Shown here in pieces: positions 17,008-26,178 of a stretch of 44,356 bases of DNA. The notes beneath the pieces were generated by a model. It was not told the DNA's origin. It searched no databases and saw only the letters and a program-made list of their open reading frames with translations. Both the position numbers and the translations under genes were made by a program. The DNA comes from Candidatus Hadarchaeia archaeon (GTDB lineage: Archaea > Hadarchaeota > Hadarchaeia > Hadarchaeales > JAGGTB01), in assembly GCA_046538535.1 (NCBI GenBank), contig JBKHIS010000001.1, positions 1 to 44,356 on the forward strand, given 5' to 3'. Position 1 is the first letter of the stretch; each line of letters opens with the position of its first letter.

Positions 17008-17559
17008 TTACCGCTCATAGAGGTTGTTACCTTCTAAATCGTTTGTTACTAGGAGAGGTCCGAAACTCTTCACATCAAAGAGCCATATCGCTTCTGGAAT
17101 CCCAAGCTCTACGAAGTGAACATCATCTATTTTGACTATTGAATCTGCTGCGAGGGCCGCAGCACCCCCTGTAAATGCTAGGTACACACAATTCATATCT
17201 GCCAATTTCTGTGATATTTTTTTGCTCATTCCCCCTTTGCCAATCAGTGCTTTTACGCCTGTTTTTCTGACGAATTCTACCTCCATATCGTCCATTCGGC
17301 CACTTGTTGTGGGTCCTGCGGCTATAACTTTCCACTCTGAATCGTTTTTTTTAACCAGAGGTCCACAGTGATAAACTATCATCCCCTCCAAATCCAGCGG
17401 TAGTTCATCTTTTTTGGTTTCTATGATTTTTTGGTAGGCTTCGTCTCTGGCGGTTATTATCCTTCCAGTGATCCTTACCTGTTCACCTGATTTTAAGCTT
17501 CTAACTTCCCTCTGTGAGAGAGGGGGATTTAGAGTTTTTTCTCTTCTGTTGTTTTTCAT
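17008..17559 (-). CDS. fumB: Class I (Fe-S) fumarate hydratase / tartrate dehydratase, beta subunit
   Basis: 183 aa. ITGRIITARDEAYQKI, HCGP, GPTTSGRMD and IGKGGMS motifs. 4-nt overlap with the alpha subunit gene. Confidence 0.88.
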   Translation of the reverse strand: MKNNRREKTLNPPLSQREVRSLKSGEQVRITGRIITARDEAYQKIIETKKDELPLDLEGMIVYHCGPLVKKNDSEWKVIAAGPTTSGRMDDMEVEFVRKTGVKALIGKGGMSKKISQKLADMNCVYLAFTGGAAALAADSIVKIDDVHFVELGIPEAIWLFDVKSFGPLLVTNDLEGNNLYER

Positions 17560-18425
17560 TTTGGCACCTCAATTTCCAATTTCCCGTTCTTTTCCCTCGC
17601 TCTTGATTTCCGGACCGCCCAGCAGTTGAAGTTCAGAGCAACTGGGAGAGTAGCTGTGTGACATCCTGCTTTCTCTATTTTTACATCTAGAACAGTGTTT
17701 TTCCCGCCTAGTCCCATGGGTCCTATGTCCAAGTTGTTTGCTGCATTCTTCAGTTCTCTCTCCATTCTGCTTAATTCTCTATTTTTTTTCTCGTTCAAAG
17801 GCCTCAGCAAGGCTTTTTTTGCAAGAATATTTGCGGTGTCGGCGGTTCCGCCGATTCCTATTCCAAGAACTGATGGTGGACACACCTGCCCACTTGCATC
17901 TTGCACCGTTTTGAGCACCCTTTTTTTTATATCGTCCTTTGAGCTTGAGGGTTTTAGCATGAAGAGTCTACTCCAGTTTTCGCTTCCAGCACCCTTTAAA
18001 AGTAAATTTACTTCCATTTCGTTGCTTTTGATTTGTGAAAGGTGTATTAGTGGATGTTTTTCCCCCGTGTTGTTCCCTGAGTTTTCTCTTGTGATAGGAT
18101 CTACTATGTTTGGTCTAAGTGGAACTTTCCTCGTTGCTTCAGTTAGGGCCATTTCGATGGTTTTTTCGATGTCAAAATCGATTCTACGTTCCTTTGGAAT
18201 TTCGATGAAGAATATTGGGACGCCAGTGTCCTGACATAAAGGTCTTTCATTTTTTTCGGCGATCTCAATATTTTTTAGAATATTATTTAGTTGATTTTTT
18301 GCAATCGAGCTTTTCTCGTTTTTCTTGGCTTTATTTATGGATTTCTTGACATCGGAGGGAATTCTTGTGGCGGAAAGTTTCAACATTTTTTCCAGCGTTT
18401 TTCGAAACTCCTTTTCGTCTACCAT
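17556..18425 (-). CDS. fumA: Class I (Fe-S) fumarate hydratase / tartrate dehydratase, alpha subunit
   Basis: 289 aa. CQDTGVPIFF, LLKGAGSENWSRLFMLKP and GIGIGGTAD motifs. Confidence 0.88.
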   Translation of the reverse strand: MVDEKEFRKTLEKMLKLSATRIPSDVKKSINKAKKNEKSSIAKNQLNNILKNIEIAEKNERPLCQDTGVPIFFIEIPKERRIDFDIEKTIEMALTEATRKVPLRPNIVDPITRENSGNNTGEKHPLIHLSQIKSNEMEVNLLLKGAGSENWSRLFMLKPSSSKDDIKKRVLKTVQDASGQVCPPSVLGIGIGGTADTANILAKKALLRPLNEKKNRELSRMERELKNAANNLDIGPMGLGGKNTVLDVKIEKAGCHTATLPVALNFNCWAVRKSRAREKNGKLEIEVPK

Positions 18426-18461
18426 GTTCTCCGATTTTTTGATAAACCCCTATGGACAAAA

Positions 18462-18842
18462 ATGTTTGGAGGGAAGAGATTGAAGCTTTTGCATATGGAA
18501 ACTGGAAAAGTGATGGCGGACAAAGTGGAATTGGCGGATTCCTTTTGGTCGAGATTTAGGGGCTTGATGTTTCGAAGGAATTTTGGGGAAGGGGAAGCTC
18601 TTGTTTTTGAGATTCCAGAAGGCAGGAAGTTTGGTGTGCATACTTTTTTCGTTTTCTTTCCAATAGATCTGATATATCTTAATCGAGATATGAAGGTCGT
18701 GGATTTAAAGTGTGGTCTAACTCCTTGGAGCACTTATAGTCCTAAAGAAGAATCCCGGTTTCTTGTTGAGATTCCTTCGGGTACGGTTCAAAGGTATGGA
18801 TTGGAGAGAGGGCACAAGTTGAGATTGAAGGAAAATAATTAA
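18462..18842 (+). CDS. DUF192-family protein
   Basis: ADSFWSRFRGLMFRR, ALVFE, VHTFFVFFPIDLIYL and PW motifs. The ORF track start (18291) runs antisense into fumA. The ATG at 18462 or 18495 is more plausible. Confidence 0.7.
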   Translation: MFGGKRLKLLHMETGKVMADKVELADSFWSRFRGLMFRRNFGEGEALVFEIPEGRKFGVHTFFVFFPIDLIYLNRDMKVVDLKCGLTPWSTYSPKEESRFLVEIPSGTVQRYGLERGHKLRLKENN

Positions 18843-18878
18843 TTGAATGGAAGATAACTACCTTTGGAGCTGGCTTAG

Positions 18879-19739
18879 TTGAACATACAGAAGGAGATAG
18901 TTTCGGCGGCTATAAATTTGGCGGCTGACATTGGTGCTGATTCAATATTGGCGATCACTGAAACCGGTAGGATTTATGGGCTTTTGGAAGAGGAAAAAGA
19001 AGGTTTTGAGGTGATTGCTTTGACTCCTAATAAAGAAACTTTTAAGGAACTTTCAAAGGATTCGGATGCTTTGGTTATCGATTTTTCGGTAAGGGACTCA
19101 ACTAGAACAGGACAGATAAGACATGCAGTCTGGAGGGGCTTGAGTGCAGGATATCTGTCTCCCGGCGATTTAGTAGTGTGTCTGACCGGTGAAATGGGGT
19201 TGTCGGGTGGAACTGATACTGTATCGGCGTACCTTATATCTGAAACCGAGTCTACGCTGGCAGGTGTGATAGAATCGGACCCGGTTATGAATAGTGCGGT
19301 TGAGCTTGCTACTGAGCTTGGCTGGGAGGGTAGAGAGGGAGAACCCATTGGAACGGCAATCTTAATTGGAGATGAGGATAAGGTTATGAACCAATCTCAC
19401 CAGTTGGGGTTGAATCCTTTCAAGGGTTATGACATTGAGGTGACTGATCGGAATAACTGGGATTTGATAAAGAGATATGCCTTCCTAGACGGGGCATTTA
19501 TTCTTGATGACTCTGGCAGAATCGTTGCGGCCGGAAGATTCTTGGACGCGGAGGTTGAGGTTGACATACCGACGGGTTTGGGCACCCGTCATATTTCCGC
19601 CGCTGCAATGACTGCTGCTACTCACTCGAAGGCCGTTACGGTCTCAGGTACCGATGGAAATGTTAGAATATTTTCGAATGGTAAGATGCTCGGTAGACTC
19701 GACCCTAGGACTAAGATGCTAAAGGAGACAAGCATATAG
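18879..19739 (+). CDS. dacZ: Diadenylate cyclase DacZ (pyruvate-kinase-C-like N-terminal domain plus DAC domain)
   Basis: 286 aa with a TTG start. The N-terminal segment ADSILAITETGRIYG is PK_C-like. The C-terminal segment DGAFILDDSGRIVAAGRFL..GLGTRHISAAAMTAATHSKAVTVSGTDGNVRIFSNG carries the DAC-domain DGA and GTRH.AA signatures. Confidence 0.8.
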   Translation: MNIQKEIVSAAINLAADIGADSILAITETGRIYGLLEEEKEGFEVIALTPNKETFKELSKDSDALVIDFSVRDSTRTGQIRHAVWRGLSAGYLSPGDLVVCLTGEMGLSGGTDTVSAYLISETESTLAGVIESDPVMNSAVELATELGWEGREGEPIGTAILIGDEDKVMNQSHQLGLNPFKGYDIEVTDRNNWDLIKRYAFLDGAFILDDSGRIVAAGRFLDAEVEVDIPTGLGTRHISAAAMTAATHSKAVTVSGTDGNVRIFSNGKMLGRLDPRTKMLKETSI

Positions 19740-19763
19740 AAGTTTTTCCTCAGATACCGAAAA

Positions 19764-20045
19764 GTGAGGAACATGCCGTTTTATCTTTATTTGTTAAGGC
19801 TTTCCGATGGATCTTTGTATTGTGGCATTACTAACGATGTGGAAAGGCGCTTAAAGGAACATAAGAACGGGTACGGAAGTAAATATGTGAAGGGCCGACT
19901 TCCCCTTGATCTGGTTTATCTAGAAGAACATGACACTAGGAGAGAAGCTATGCGGAGAGAGGAGGAGGTCAAAAGCTTCAGTAAGGATAGAAAGGAAGAG
20001 CTTGTGGAGGATTGGGATGAAAGCGAGTCGGAGTTCAGTTTTTGA
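19764..20045 (+). CDS. GIY-YIG nuclease superfamily protein (UPF0213/YhbQ-like)
   Basis: FYLYLLRLSDGSLYCGITNDVERRLKEHKNG. The start is the GTG at 19764 or the ATG at 19773. The 3' end overlaps the convergent rio2 gene by 11 nt. Confidence 0.8.
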   Translation: MRNMPFYLYLLRLSDGSLYCGITNDVERRLKEHKNGYGSKYVKGRLPLDLVYLEEHDTRREAMRREEEVKSFSKDRKEELVEDWDESESEFSF

Positions 20046-20895
20046 TTTCTCTTAGGGTTTCTTCTAAGTCCTTCTTTATTCTGAATTTCCTCCTGAAGAA
20101 GCTAAGTACGTTTTTGATGTCCCTTTCGATAAGTTCATCGGCTTCTGGATGAGTCAATGGCTCCCATTGAGGCCAGTCTATAATAAGAATTTCTCCGTTT
20201 GGCTTTATTATAATATTGTGTTCGCTAAGGTCTCCGTGAATGACGCCGCATCTTAAGGAGTTCTCCGCGTTGCGAAGTATTTCAGATAGAACTAGCTCCG
20301 GATAATCTATGTTTTTGATTTCTGACAGCTCCTCTCCTTCGATTAATCCAGTAACCAGGACGTGTCGATCGAACGCTACTGGTTTGGGAACTTCCACTTT
20401 GGGGTACACTTTTTTTAGTCCCTTAAATTCTCGTCGCGCTGCTTTCTTTGATGCGTCTATCCAACCATGTTTGGGGTGGTAAGATCTTTTCTCAGTTAGG
20501 CTTGAAAAGGTTAAACCTAAGCGATTGAATTTAACTGCCACTTTTTTGTCTTCAGGAGTCAACGCGTCGTAAGTGTCAGCTTCCTTTCCGATTCCGACAG
20601 GTTTACCGAAGGCCTTCAAAACTTTTCTTTCCGATAAGCTCCAAAGTGCGAGCAGGTCATATCCTGATGGGAGAATTCTGTAGCCTTCGTATCTCTTAAC
20701 GTCCTTCTCCAGTAATTCGTACTTATTCAGTCTCCCCAGATGATATTCTATATCCTGTTCGTGCATTCTGCTTATCTTCGGAAGTCTGTCTTCAGGAATT
20801 AGTTCGAATCTACTTGAGGCTCTTTCTAAATCTTTCAGAAATCTTATGTCGCTTTCCTCTATTTCGGGATAAACTTCTATTGCTTTTAATGACAT
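20035..20895 (-). CDS. rio2: RIO-type serine kinase Rio2
   Basis: 286 aa. N-terminal winged helix (HLGRLNKYELLEK) followed by a RIO kinase core (VAVKFNRLG, HGDLSEHNIII, IIDWPQ). Confidence 0.88.
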   Translation of the reverse strand: MSLKAIEVYPEIEESDIRFLKDLERASSRFELIPEDRLPKISRMHEQDIEYHLGRLNKYELLEKDVKRYEGYRILPSGYDLLALWSLSERKVLKAFGKPVGIGKEADTYDALTPEDKKVAVKFNRLGLTFSSLTEKRSYHPKHGWIDASKKAARREFKGLKKVYPKVEVPKPVAFDRHVLVTGLIEGEELSEIKNIDYPELVLSEILRNAENSLRCGVIHGDLSEHNIIIKPNGEILIIDWPQWEPLTHPEADELIERDIKNVLSFFRRKFRIKKDLEETLREIKN

Positions 20896-21073
20896 GGAAT
20901 AAAGCGAAATCTTTTTTCAGTTTTTGATAAGCATTTCTTAACTTAGATATTTATTTTTTAGATTTGAAGATTGTTTTTAAATGGATCCGTTTATTTTTAC
21001 CCTTCTCCGACTTCTTCGGGAAATAATATGTTGGTAGGGCCTTTTTCATGAGAAATTACTTTAGATACCTCCA

Positions 21074-21652
21074 TTATCGTCTTAAATCCGGACCTACGTA
21101 ACGATATATTTGGCTAGGTTTTCCACGCCCGCTCTTTGGTAGTCTTTTTTCACTTGTTTCCTCCACCATGCCTTCGTCTTGGAGTTTGTTTACCAATCTC
21201 CAGACGGATTGTCGGGAAGCAGATGTGTGCTTAAGCAGTTCAGGAATTGTGAACTCGTTTTTGATCATCATCTGTCGTGTTATATTTAGGTCTCTAACGG
21301 TTAGATCTTCAAGTCCTTTGTGAATAAGTAGTGATATAGGATCGTTTCTGGGTTGAGTCCCGCCTTCCCACATTAAAAGGGATACGATTCCCATTGATAT
21401 TCCGATCCCGAGAGATATGAAGGGTATGTTTTTATTAAAAGTATCCTCTTGGTTGGATTCTTCTCCTAAATTTCGGCTTTCCTCTTCCGTTAATTTATCT
21501 GTAAATTCTTCTTCCAAACCTGCTGATGCAGGTTTTCCGCTATGGTCATATAGGTTGTCAATAGCAAGGTATGAAATTCCGAATGCTATCAGCACTACAA
21601 ACACGGATATTAATATTCCTTTCTTTCTTTTCGTTATTTCACAAATCATCAA
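21074..21652 (-). CDS. Two-TM membrane protein with a C-terminal winged-helix (MarR/TrmB-like) domain
   Basis: 192 aa. N-terminus KRKKGILISVFVVLIAFGISYL, an acidic loop, a second TM helix IPFISLGIGISMGIVSLLMW, then TIPELLKHTSASRQSVWRLVNKLQDEGMVEE..GRGKPSQIYRYV. Confidence 0.65.
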   Translation of the reverse strand: MMICEITKRKKGILISVFVVLIAFGISYLAIDNLYDHSGKPASAGLEEEFTDKLTEEESRNLGEESNQEDTFNKNIPFISLGIGISMGIVSLLMWEGGTQPRNDPISLLIHKGLEDLTVRDLNITRQMMIKNEFTIPELLKHTSASRQSVWRLVNKLQDEGMVEETSEKRLPKSGRGKPSQIYRYVGPDLRR

Positions 21653-21700
21653 TATATAACTGATTTTCTGATCTTAAGTATTTTGTTTCGTTTCTTTTAC

Positions 21701-21715
21701 AAAGTATATATTTAA
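21701..21715 (+). promoter_or_regulatory. Candidate TATA box for the 21763 gene
   Basis: AAAGTATATATTTAA lies about 55 nt upstream of the ATG, with AGGAGGTGA (21751-21759) as the SD in the predicted short leader. Confidence 0.5.
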
Positions 21716-21762
21716 TTAACAATTCTGAAACAAACAGAAGAAGCCAAAAAAGGAGGTGAAGC

Positions 21763-23073
21763 ATGATGGAAGAAGGAATTTCAACCGCTTTGGTAGTTAT
21801 AGTGTTGTCGGTATGCATAGTTTCCGCTGGCGCTTTGATGTTTTTTGCTGCGGGAAATGATGGTAATCCGGAGAACCTGGAGAAAAGGTTTCAGGATTTT
21901 AAAAAAGAGTATGAGGAATTTAGGGATTACTTTTCCGAACATGGAGAGAATTTAAGTGATCGAGTTGAGAATCTGCGTTCGGTATGGGAAAGAGTGGAGA
22001 ACTTGGAAAGCAGATTAAATGAATTAAGAAATTTACTTGAGAACATTGATAAAGTTGAGAATGATGACAACGATAACACACCGGAAAGAGCGATTTATGA
22101 ATTTTCCTTTGAGAATGATATGGAAGAATGGACTTCTATGGGGGCTGACCTGGATAATCCCCCTATCGAGTGGGGGATTGAACGTTCTCAAGAATACTCA
22201 GTCGATGGACAGTATTCTTTGAAGTATGAACTTGCTAATATGAACGACGCGGGTAAGATATGGATTGAGAGATCGTTTGATGTCGAGCCAGAAAAAACGT
22301 ATCGAGTGGATGTTTCATATGATCTGGCAAGCAGCGATTACGGTGTGAATCTTTGGACCATAATCACTGGAGCCTATCCGGATATACCGCTTAAGGAAAA
22401 TGATTCAACTCAGAAACTAATCTTCCAGGGTGATACCGGCACTGGATCGGAAAGCGTGGAAAACCATGAATGGTTGGATAAGAGTTACGATTTTCTGGTT
22501 GATTCCGGAGAGAACGGTAAGATCCATGTTAACATAGGGATATGGGGAACATGGGAAGCAACTAGAACTTATTATTTGGATAATTTAAGAATAGAATTTG
22601 AGCCCCTTTCCGATGAGTCCGTTGACGAACGTTTCGAGGAAAAGGTATTTGACAGTTTTTCTACTCCTGTGGTCGAGAATGGTTTAGTTCCAGACGTGGA
22701 AAACATGGATAGAAGGAATTTCGTAGACCTTTACACCTCTGAAAATTGTTTTACCCAATTTAACTTTTCTGAAGTATCGGAGGAAGTGGAGAACTTTGTA
22801 AGATCTACGGATTTTGAGGAAAGTTATCTTCTGGTATTTCAGGAATTTCCGGCATCGACAGTCCCTGACTATAAGGTTACAGGATTCTCGAGAACAGAGG
22901 ATACTGTAAATTTATTTATCGATGATGACAGTCCTGCAGGAACAGATGATATAACGTTGGAAACACTATTAGTGAGGATGAAATTTGGAGACGGGGATCC
23001 GTTTAAGAATGTAAAGGTAGTCCTAGGAGACGGCAGAATATTCGGAGCAAGTAGGGCCCGTAGTTTGCCGTAA
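21763..23073 (+). CDS. Hypothetical surface protein: N-terminal hydrophobic anchor or class III signal, coiled coil, beta-sandwich-like acidic domains
   Basis: 436 aa. MMEEGISTALVVIVLSVCIVSAGALMFFAAG, VENL-repeat coiled coil, then FENDMEEWTSMGADL..YSLKYEL..IWIERSFDVEPEKTYRVDVSYDL resembling a CBM/jelly-roll module. Confidence 0.7.
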   Translation: MMEEGISTALVVIVLSVCIVSAGALMFFAAGNDGNPENLEKRFQDFKKEYEEFRDYFSEHGENLSDRVENLRSVWERVENLESRLNELRNLLENIDKVENDDNDNTPERAIYEFSFENDMEEWTSMGADLDNPPIEWGIERSQEYSVDGQYSLKYELANMNDAGKIWIERSFDVEPEKTYRVDVSYDLASSDYGVNLWTIITGAYPDIPLKENDSTQKLIFQGDTGTGSESVENHEWLDKSYDFLVDSGENGKIHVNIGIWGTWEATRTYYLDNLRIEFEPLSDESVDERFEEKVFDSFSTPVVENGLVPDVENMDRRNFVDLYTSENCFTQFNFSEVSEEVENFVRSTDFEESYLLVFQEFPASTVPDYKVTGFSRTEDTVNLFIDDDSPAGTDDITLETLLVRMKFGDGDPFKNVKVVLGDGRIFGASRARSLP

Positions 23074-23122
23074 TTATGATTAAATAGGAGGACTTCTTTA
23101 TTTTTATTTTTTATTTTTTCTT

Positions 23123-23518
23123 CTAGAGTTCTTCCCAGACTTTTTTCACTTTCTCTCCCGTTTTTTCAATGACGGGTTTCATCTCTTCTCCCCCTGCAAT
23201 TTCTAGCTCGGAAGCAATTTTCATTATTGAGATGTGGGCTACGAATACTTCTCCTTTGTCTTCATATACCACGAAGGAGCATGGCATTAGGGTTCCTATA
23301 TCCATAGAAATGTCGAGAGAAATTTTGGCGATTTCGGGACCACAAGCGAGTATGGTGGTGTACTTAACGGGATATTCTGGCAAATCAAGCTTTTTTCTTA
23401 TGACTCCGTCTATCGATTTCACCATTAATATTGAAAATTCTTTTTCTATCTTTTTCTTTACAGTTTCTAAGGCTTCTTCAAAGGTACAATCCAGCCTTTT
23501 TTTAAGAATATCGACCAT
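23123..23518 (-). CDS. DUF302-family protein
   Basis: 131 aa. YTTILACGPEIAKISL..IGTLMPCSFVVYEDKGEVFVAHI fits the DUF302 pattern. Confidence 0.65.
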   Translation of the reverse strand: MVDILKKRLDCTFEEALETVKKKIEKEFSILMVKSIDGVIRKKLDLPEYPVKYTTILACGPEIAKISLDISMDIGTLMPCSFVVYEDKGEVFVAHISIMKIASELEIAGGEEMKPVIEKTGEKVKKVWEEL

Positions 23519-23583
23519 ATAATCATGTTAAACGTGGAAAAGATTTACTTTTAATACTTTCTGAAATCTAAGAGGGTAGAAAC

Positions 23584-25284
23584 ATGGAATACAGGAGATT
23601 TGCAGAAGCTTGTCAGAATCTCGAAGAGACATCTTCCTATCTTCAGAAAAATTCTATCATTTCGGGATTGTTGAGCAAAACCCCCTCTCAAGATTTAGAG
23701 ATGGTTGTAACTATGATTCTAGGGCGTATCTTTCCAGCTCATGTCTCTCGGGAAACGGGCATCGGACTTCAACAATTAAAAAAAGCGGTAGGTAGGTCTA
23801 CAGGATATTCCCAGAGTAAAATTGAGGAGTTGATGGAAGAATTGGGAGATTTGGGTAAGGTCGCAGAGAAGCTGATAATGAACAAGAAACAGATGACATT
23901 CGCTGATGAGGACCTGACGGTTGAAAAGGTTTACGAAAGTCTTAGATCTTTGCCTGAAATTACGGGTGATGGATCTGTGGACAGGAAAATTTCCACTATT
24001 TCAGAACTCCTTACCTCTGCATCGCCGTTGGAGGGGAAGTTTATTGTAAGAACTATTTTGGGTGATCTTAGAATTGGGGTGGCAGAGGGTAGATTAAGGG
24101 ACTCGATAGCAGAAGCATTTGATGTTTCCCCCGAGTCGGTGGAGCATGCCTATATGCTTACCACCGATTATGGCAAGGTAGCTAAAGCGGCGGCGGAGGG
24201 TGGTGAGAAGGGTCTCTCCGAGTTGGATCTTTCAGTTGGACATCCTGTAAATCCGATGCTTGCTCAGAGGGCGGAGAATATTGAGGAGATAATGAGGAGG
24301 ATGGAAGGTCGTGCTGCTTTTGAGATAAAGCTTGATGGAATCCGTATTCAGCCACATAAAAAAGGAGACCAAGTTTTTTTATTTACACGTAGGATGGAAA
24401 ATTACACTGATATGTTTCCGGAATTGAAGTCTGAAATTCTAAGCTCGATAGTTCCGGATGAAGCAATTGTTGATGGTGAACTGGTTGCTATAGATAAAAA
24501 GACGGGCGAGCCTATGCCATTTCAAGAGGTTTTGAGGAGGCGGAGAAAATATGACATTGAGAAAACCGCGGAAGAGATACCTGTACAAGTTTACCTGTTT
24601 GATGTTCTTCTCTCGGGCCAGCTAACGATGATTGGTGAGCCCTATGGTGAAAGAAGGAACGAATTGAGGAAAATAGTGGACTCTAGTGATAAGGTGAGAG
24701 TGGTTGAAAGTAAGATATTGGATAGCGTTGAGGACGTCATTGAGTTCAGGGATCTCGCAGTTTCAGAAGGCCATGAAGGTCTGTTAGCAAAGGACTTAGA
24801 ATCCATGTACAGGGCCGGTAAGAGGGAGTTTTCCTGGTTAAAACTGAAGGCCGAGGTCGAAACTCTTGATCTTGTAGTGGTAGGTGCCTTTGCAGGAAAA
24901 GGGGATAGGGCAGGAAAGTTTGGCAGCTATCTACTAGCTGCTTGGGATGAAGATTCCGATAAGTTGAAGACTGTGACGAAAGTGGGAAGTGGTTTCTCTG
25001 ACGAAGAACTGGACCTGTTGACGGAGAGATTTGAGAATATGCGGGTCGGTGGCAGGCCCAGCAACGTTAAGTCCGAGATAGAGCCGGATTACTGGTTTTC
25101 ACCCAAGGAAGTATTTGAAATAAACTACGAAGAGATACAGAGATCTCCTTCTGAGGCTCATACATCTGGATTTGGTCTTCGTTTTCCTCGATATATGGGG
25201 ATTAGAGAGGATTTAGACGCTTCCTCAGCTGATACGGTTTCAGATGTTAAGAGGCTTTTTGAGAGACAGGAAAAGCGGAGTTAG
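23584..25284 (+). CDS. lig: ATP-dependent DNA ligase
   Basis: 566 aa. Adenylation motif EIKLDGIRIQ (KxDG), plus GELVA, FDVL, EGLLAK, WLKLK and an OB-domain C-terminus (LRFPRYMGIREDL). Confidence 0.93.
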   Translation: MEYRRFAEACQNLEETSSYLQKNSIISGLLSKTPSQDLEMVVTMILGRIFPAHVSRETGIGLQQLKKAVGRSTGYSQSKIEELMEELGDLGKVAEKLIMNKKQMTFADEDLTVEKVYESLRSLPEITGDGSVDRKISTISELLTSASPLEGKFIVRTILGDLRIGVAEGRLRDSIAEAFDVSPESVEHAYMLTTDYGKVAKAAAEGGEKGLSELDLSVGHPVNPMLAQRAENIEEIMRRMEGRAAFEIKLDGIRIQPHKKGDQVFLFTRRMENYTDMFPELKSEILSSIVPDEAIVDGELVAIDKKTGEPMPFQEVLRRRRKYDIEKTAEEIPVQVYLFDVLLSGQLTMIGEPYGERRNELRKIVDSSDKVRVVESKILDSVEDVIEFRDLAVSEGHEGLLAKDLESMYRAGKREFSWLKLKAEVETLDLVVVGAFAGKGDRAGKFGSYLLAAWDEDSDKLKTVTKVGSGFSDEELDLLTERFENMRVGGRPSNVKSEIEPDYWFSPKEVFEINYEEIQRSPSEAHTSGFGLRFPRYMGIREDLDASSADTVSDVKRLFERQEKRS

Positions 25285-25350
25285 GGATTATTCTACTGAT
25301 ATTGACTTTAATCTGTTCCTGATTGATCTTTTTCTTTCATATGGATCCCT

Positions 25351-25363
25351 AACTTTAAATACT
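25351..25363 (+). promoter_or_regulatory. Candidate TATA box for the 25403 gene
   Basis: AACTTTAAATACT lies about 45 nt upstream of the ATG. The SD AGGAGGT is at 25391-25397. Confidence 0.45.
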
Positions 25364-25402
25364 TTAACCACATTTTAGTGATTAAAAGATAGGAGGTAAA
25401 GT

Positions 25403-26116
25403 ATGGAAATTAATTTTCTGAAGAAAAAGCTAAGAGGCCTGCACGAAGGAAGTATTTCTGAAGAAGAAGCGTTGGAGGCTGTTGCGAATTCTACTCCCAA
25501 GGAAATTTCCAAGGCTGAGCAGGAGTTGCTTGAAGAGGGTATGAGAGAGCCTGAATTGAAGGAGTTTTGTAAGATACATCTGAAGGCCATAGAAGAGAAG
25601 GTCAAGGATCTGAAGGAAGGTCTTCCTGAGAATCATACTCTTCGAATTCTTATTGAAGAACACGAAAAAATAACTCAGTTTTTGGACGAACTAGAGAGAC
25701 TATCCGAATTATTAGAGGATGAAGGTTTTAGTCCTCAGAGAAAGAGGAAGTTAAGGGCGCTGGCAGAAAATTTAGTGGAGTCGGAAAACCACCACGAACG
25801 GGAGGAAGAGGTGATATTCCCTAGACTAAAAAAGCTTGGTATAGACGGCCCACCGAGGATTATGGAAAAGGATCACGAACAGTTTTGGCCTAAGAAGAAG
25901 AGGCTAAAGGAATTATCGGAGGAGCCGGAGGAGAATTTGAATGAAATTCTGGAGATAGTGGATTTTCTAGTTTTTAATCTGAGGGATCATATATTCAAGG
26001 AAAATAACATACTTTATCCGACTGCTCTTGACGAGTTGGAGGAGTGGGATTTAATACAGCAGGAAGGTAAAAAGATTGGATATTGTCAGTTCGTTCCCCT
26101 TTCCGAAATCGATTAG
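25403..26116 (+). CDS. DUF438 / hemerythrin-like metal-binding domain protein
   Basis: 237 aa. DUF438-like N-terminus, then hemerythrin-type motifs HHEREEEVIFP, EKDHEQF and KENNILYPTA. Confidence 0.7.
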   Translation: MEINFLKKKLRGLHEGSISEEEALEAVANSTPKEISKAEQELLEEGMREPELKEFCKIHLKAIEEKVKDLKEGLPENHTLRILIEEHEKITQFLDELERLSELLEDEGFSPQRKRKLRALAENLVESENHHEREEEVIFPRLKKLGIDGPPRIMEKDHEQFWPKKKRLKELSEEPEENLNEILEIVDFLVFNLRDHIFKENNILYPTALDELEEWDLIQQEGKKIGYCQFVPLSEID

Positions 26117-26178
26117 CGATCTTTTTGGATTCGTTTATTTCTTTCTTTTACACTAGACTGCGCCCTGTTATTATTTAT

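Noticed and set aside
17695-18234. 179-aa plus-strand ORF
   Set aside because: It is antisense to the fumarate hydratase alpha subunit gene. It is Ser/Phe/Leu-rich with no motifs.
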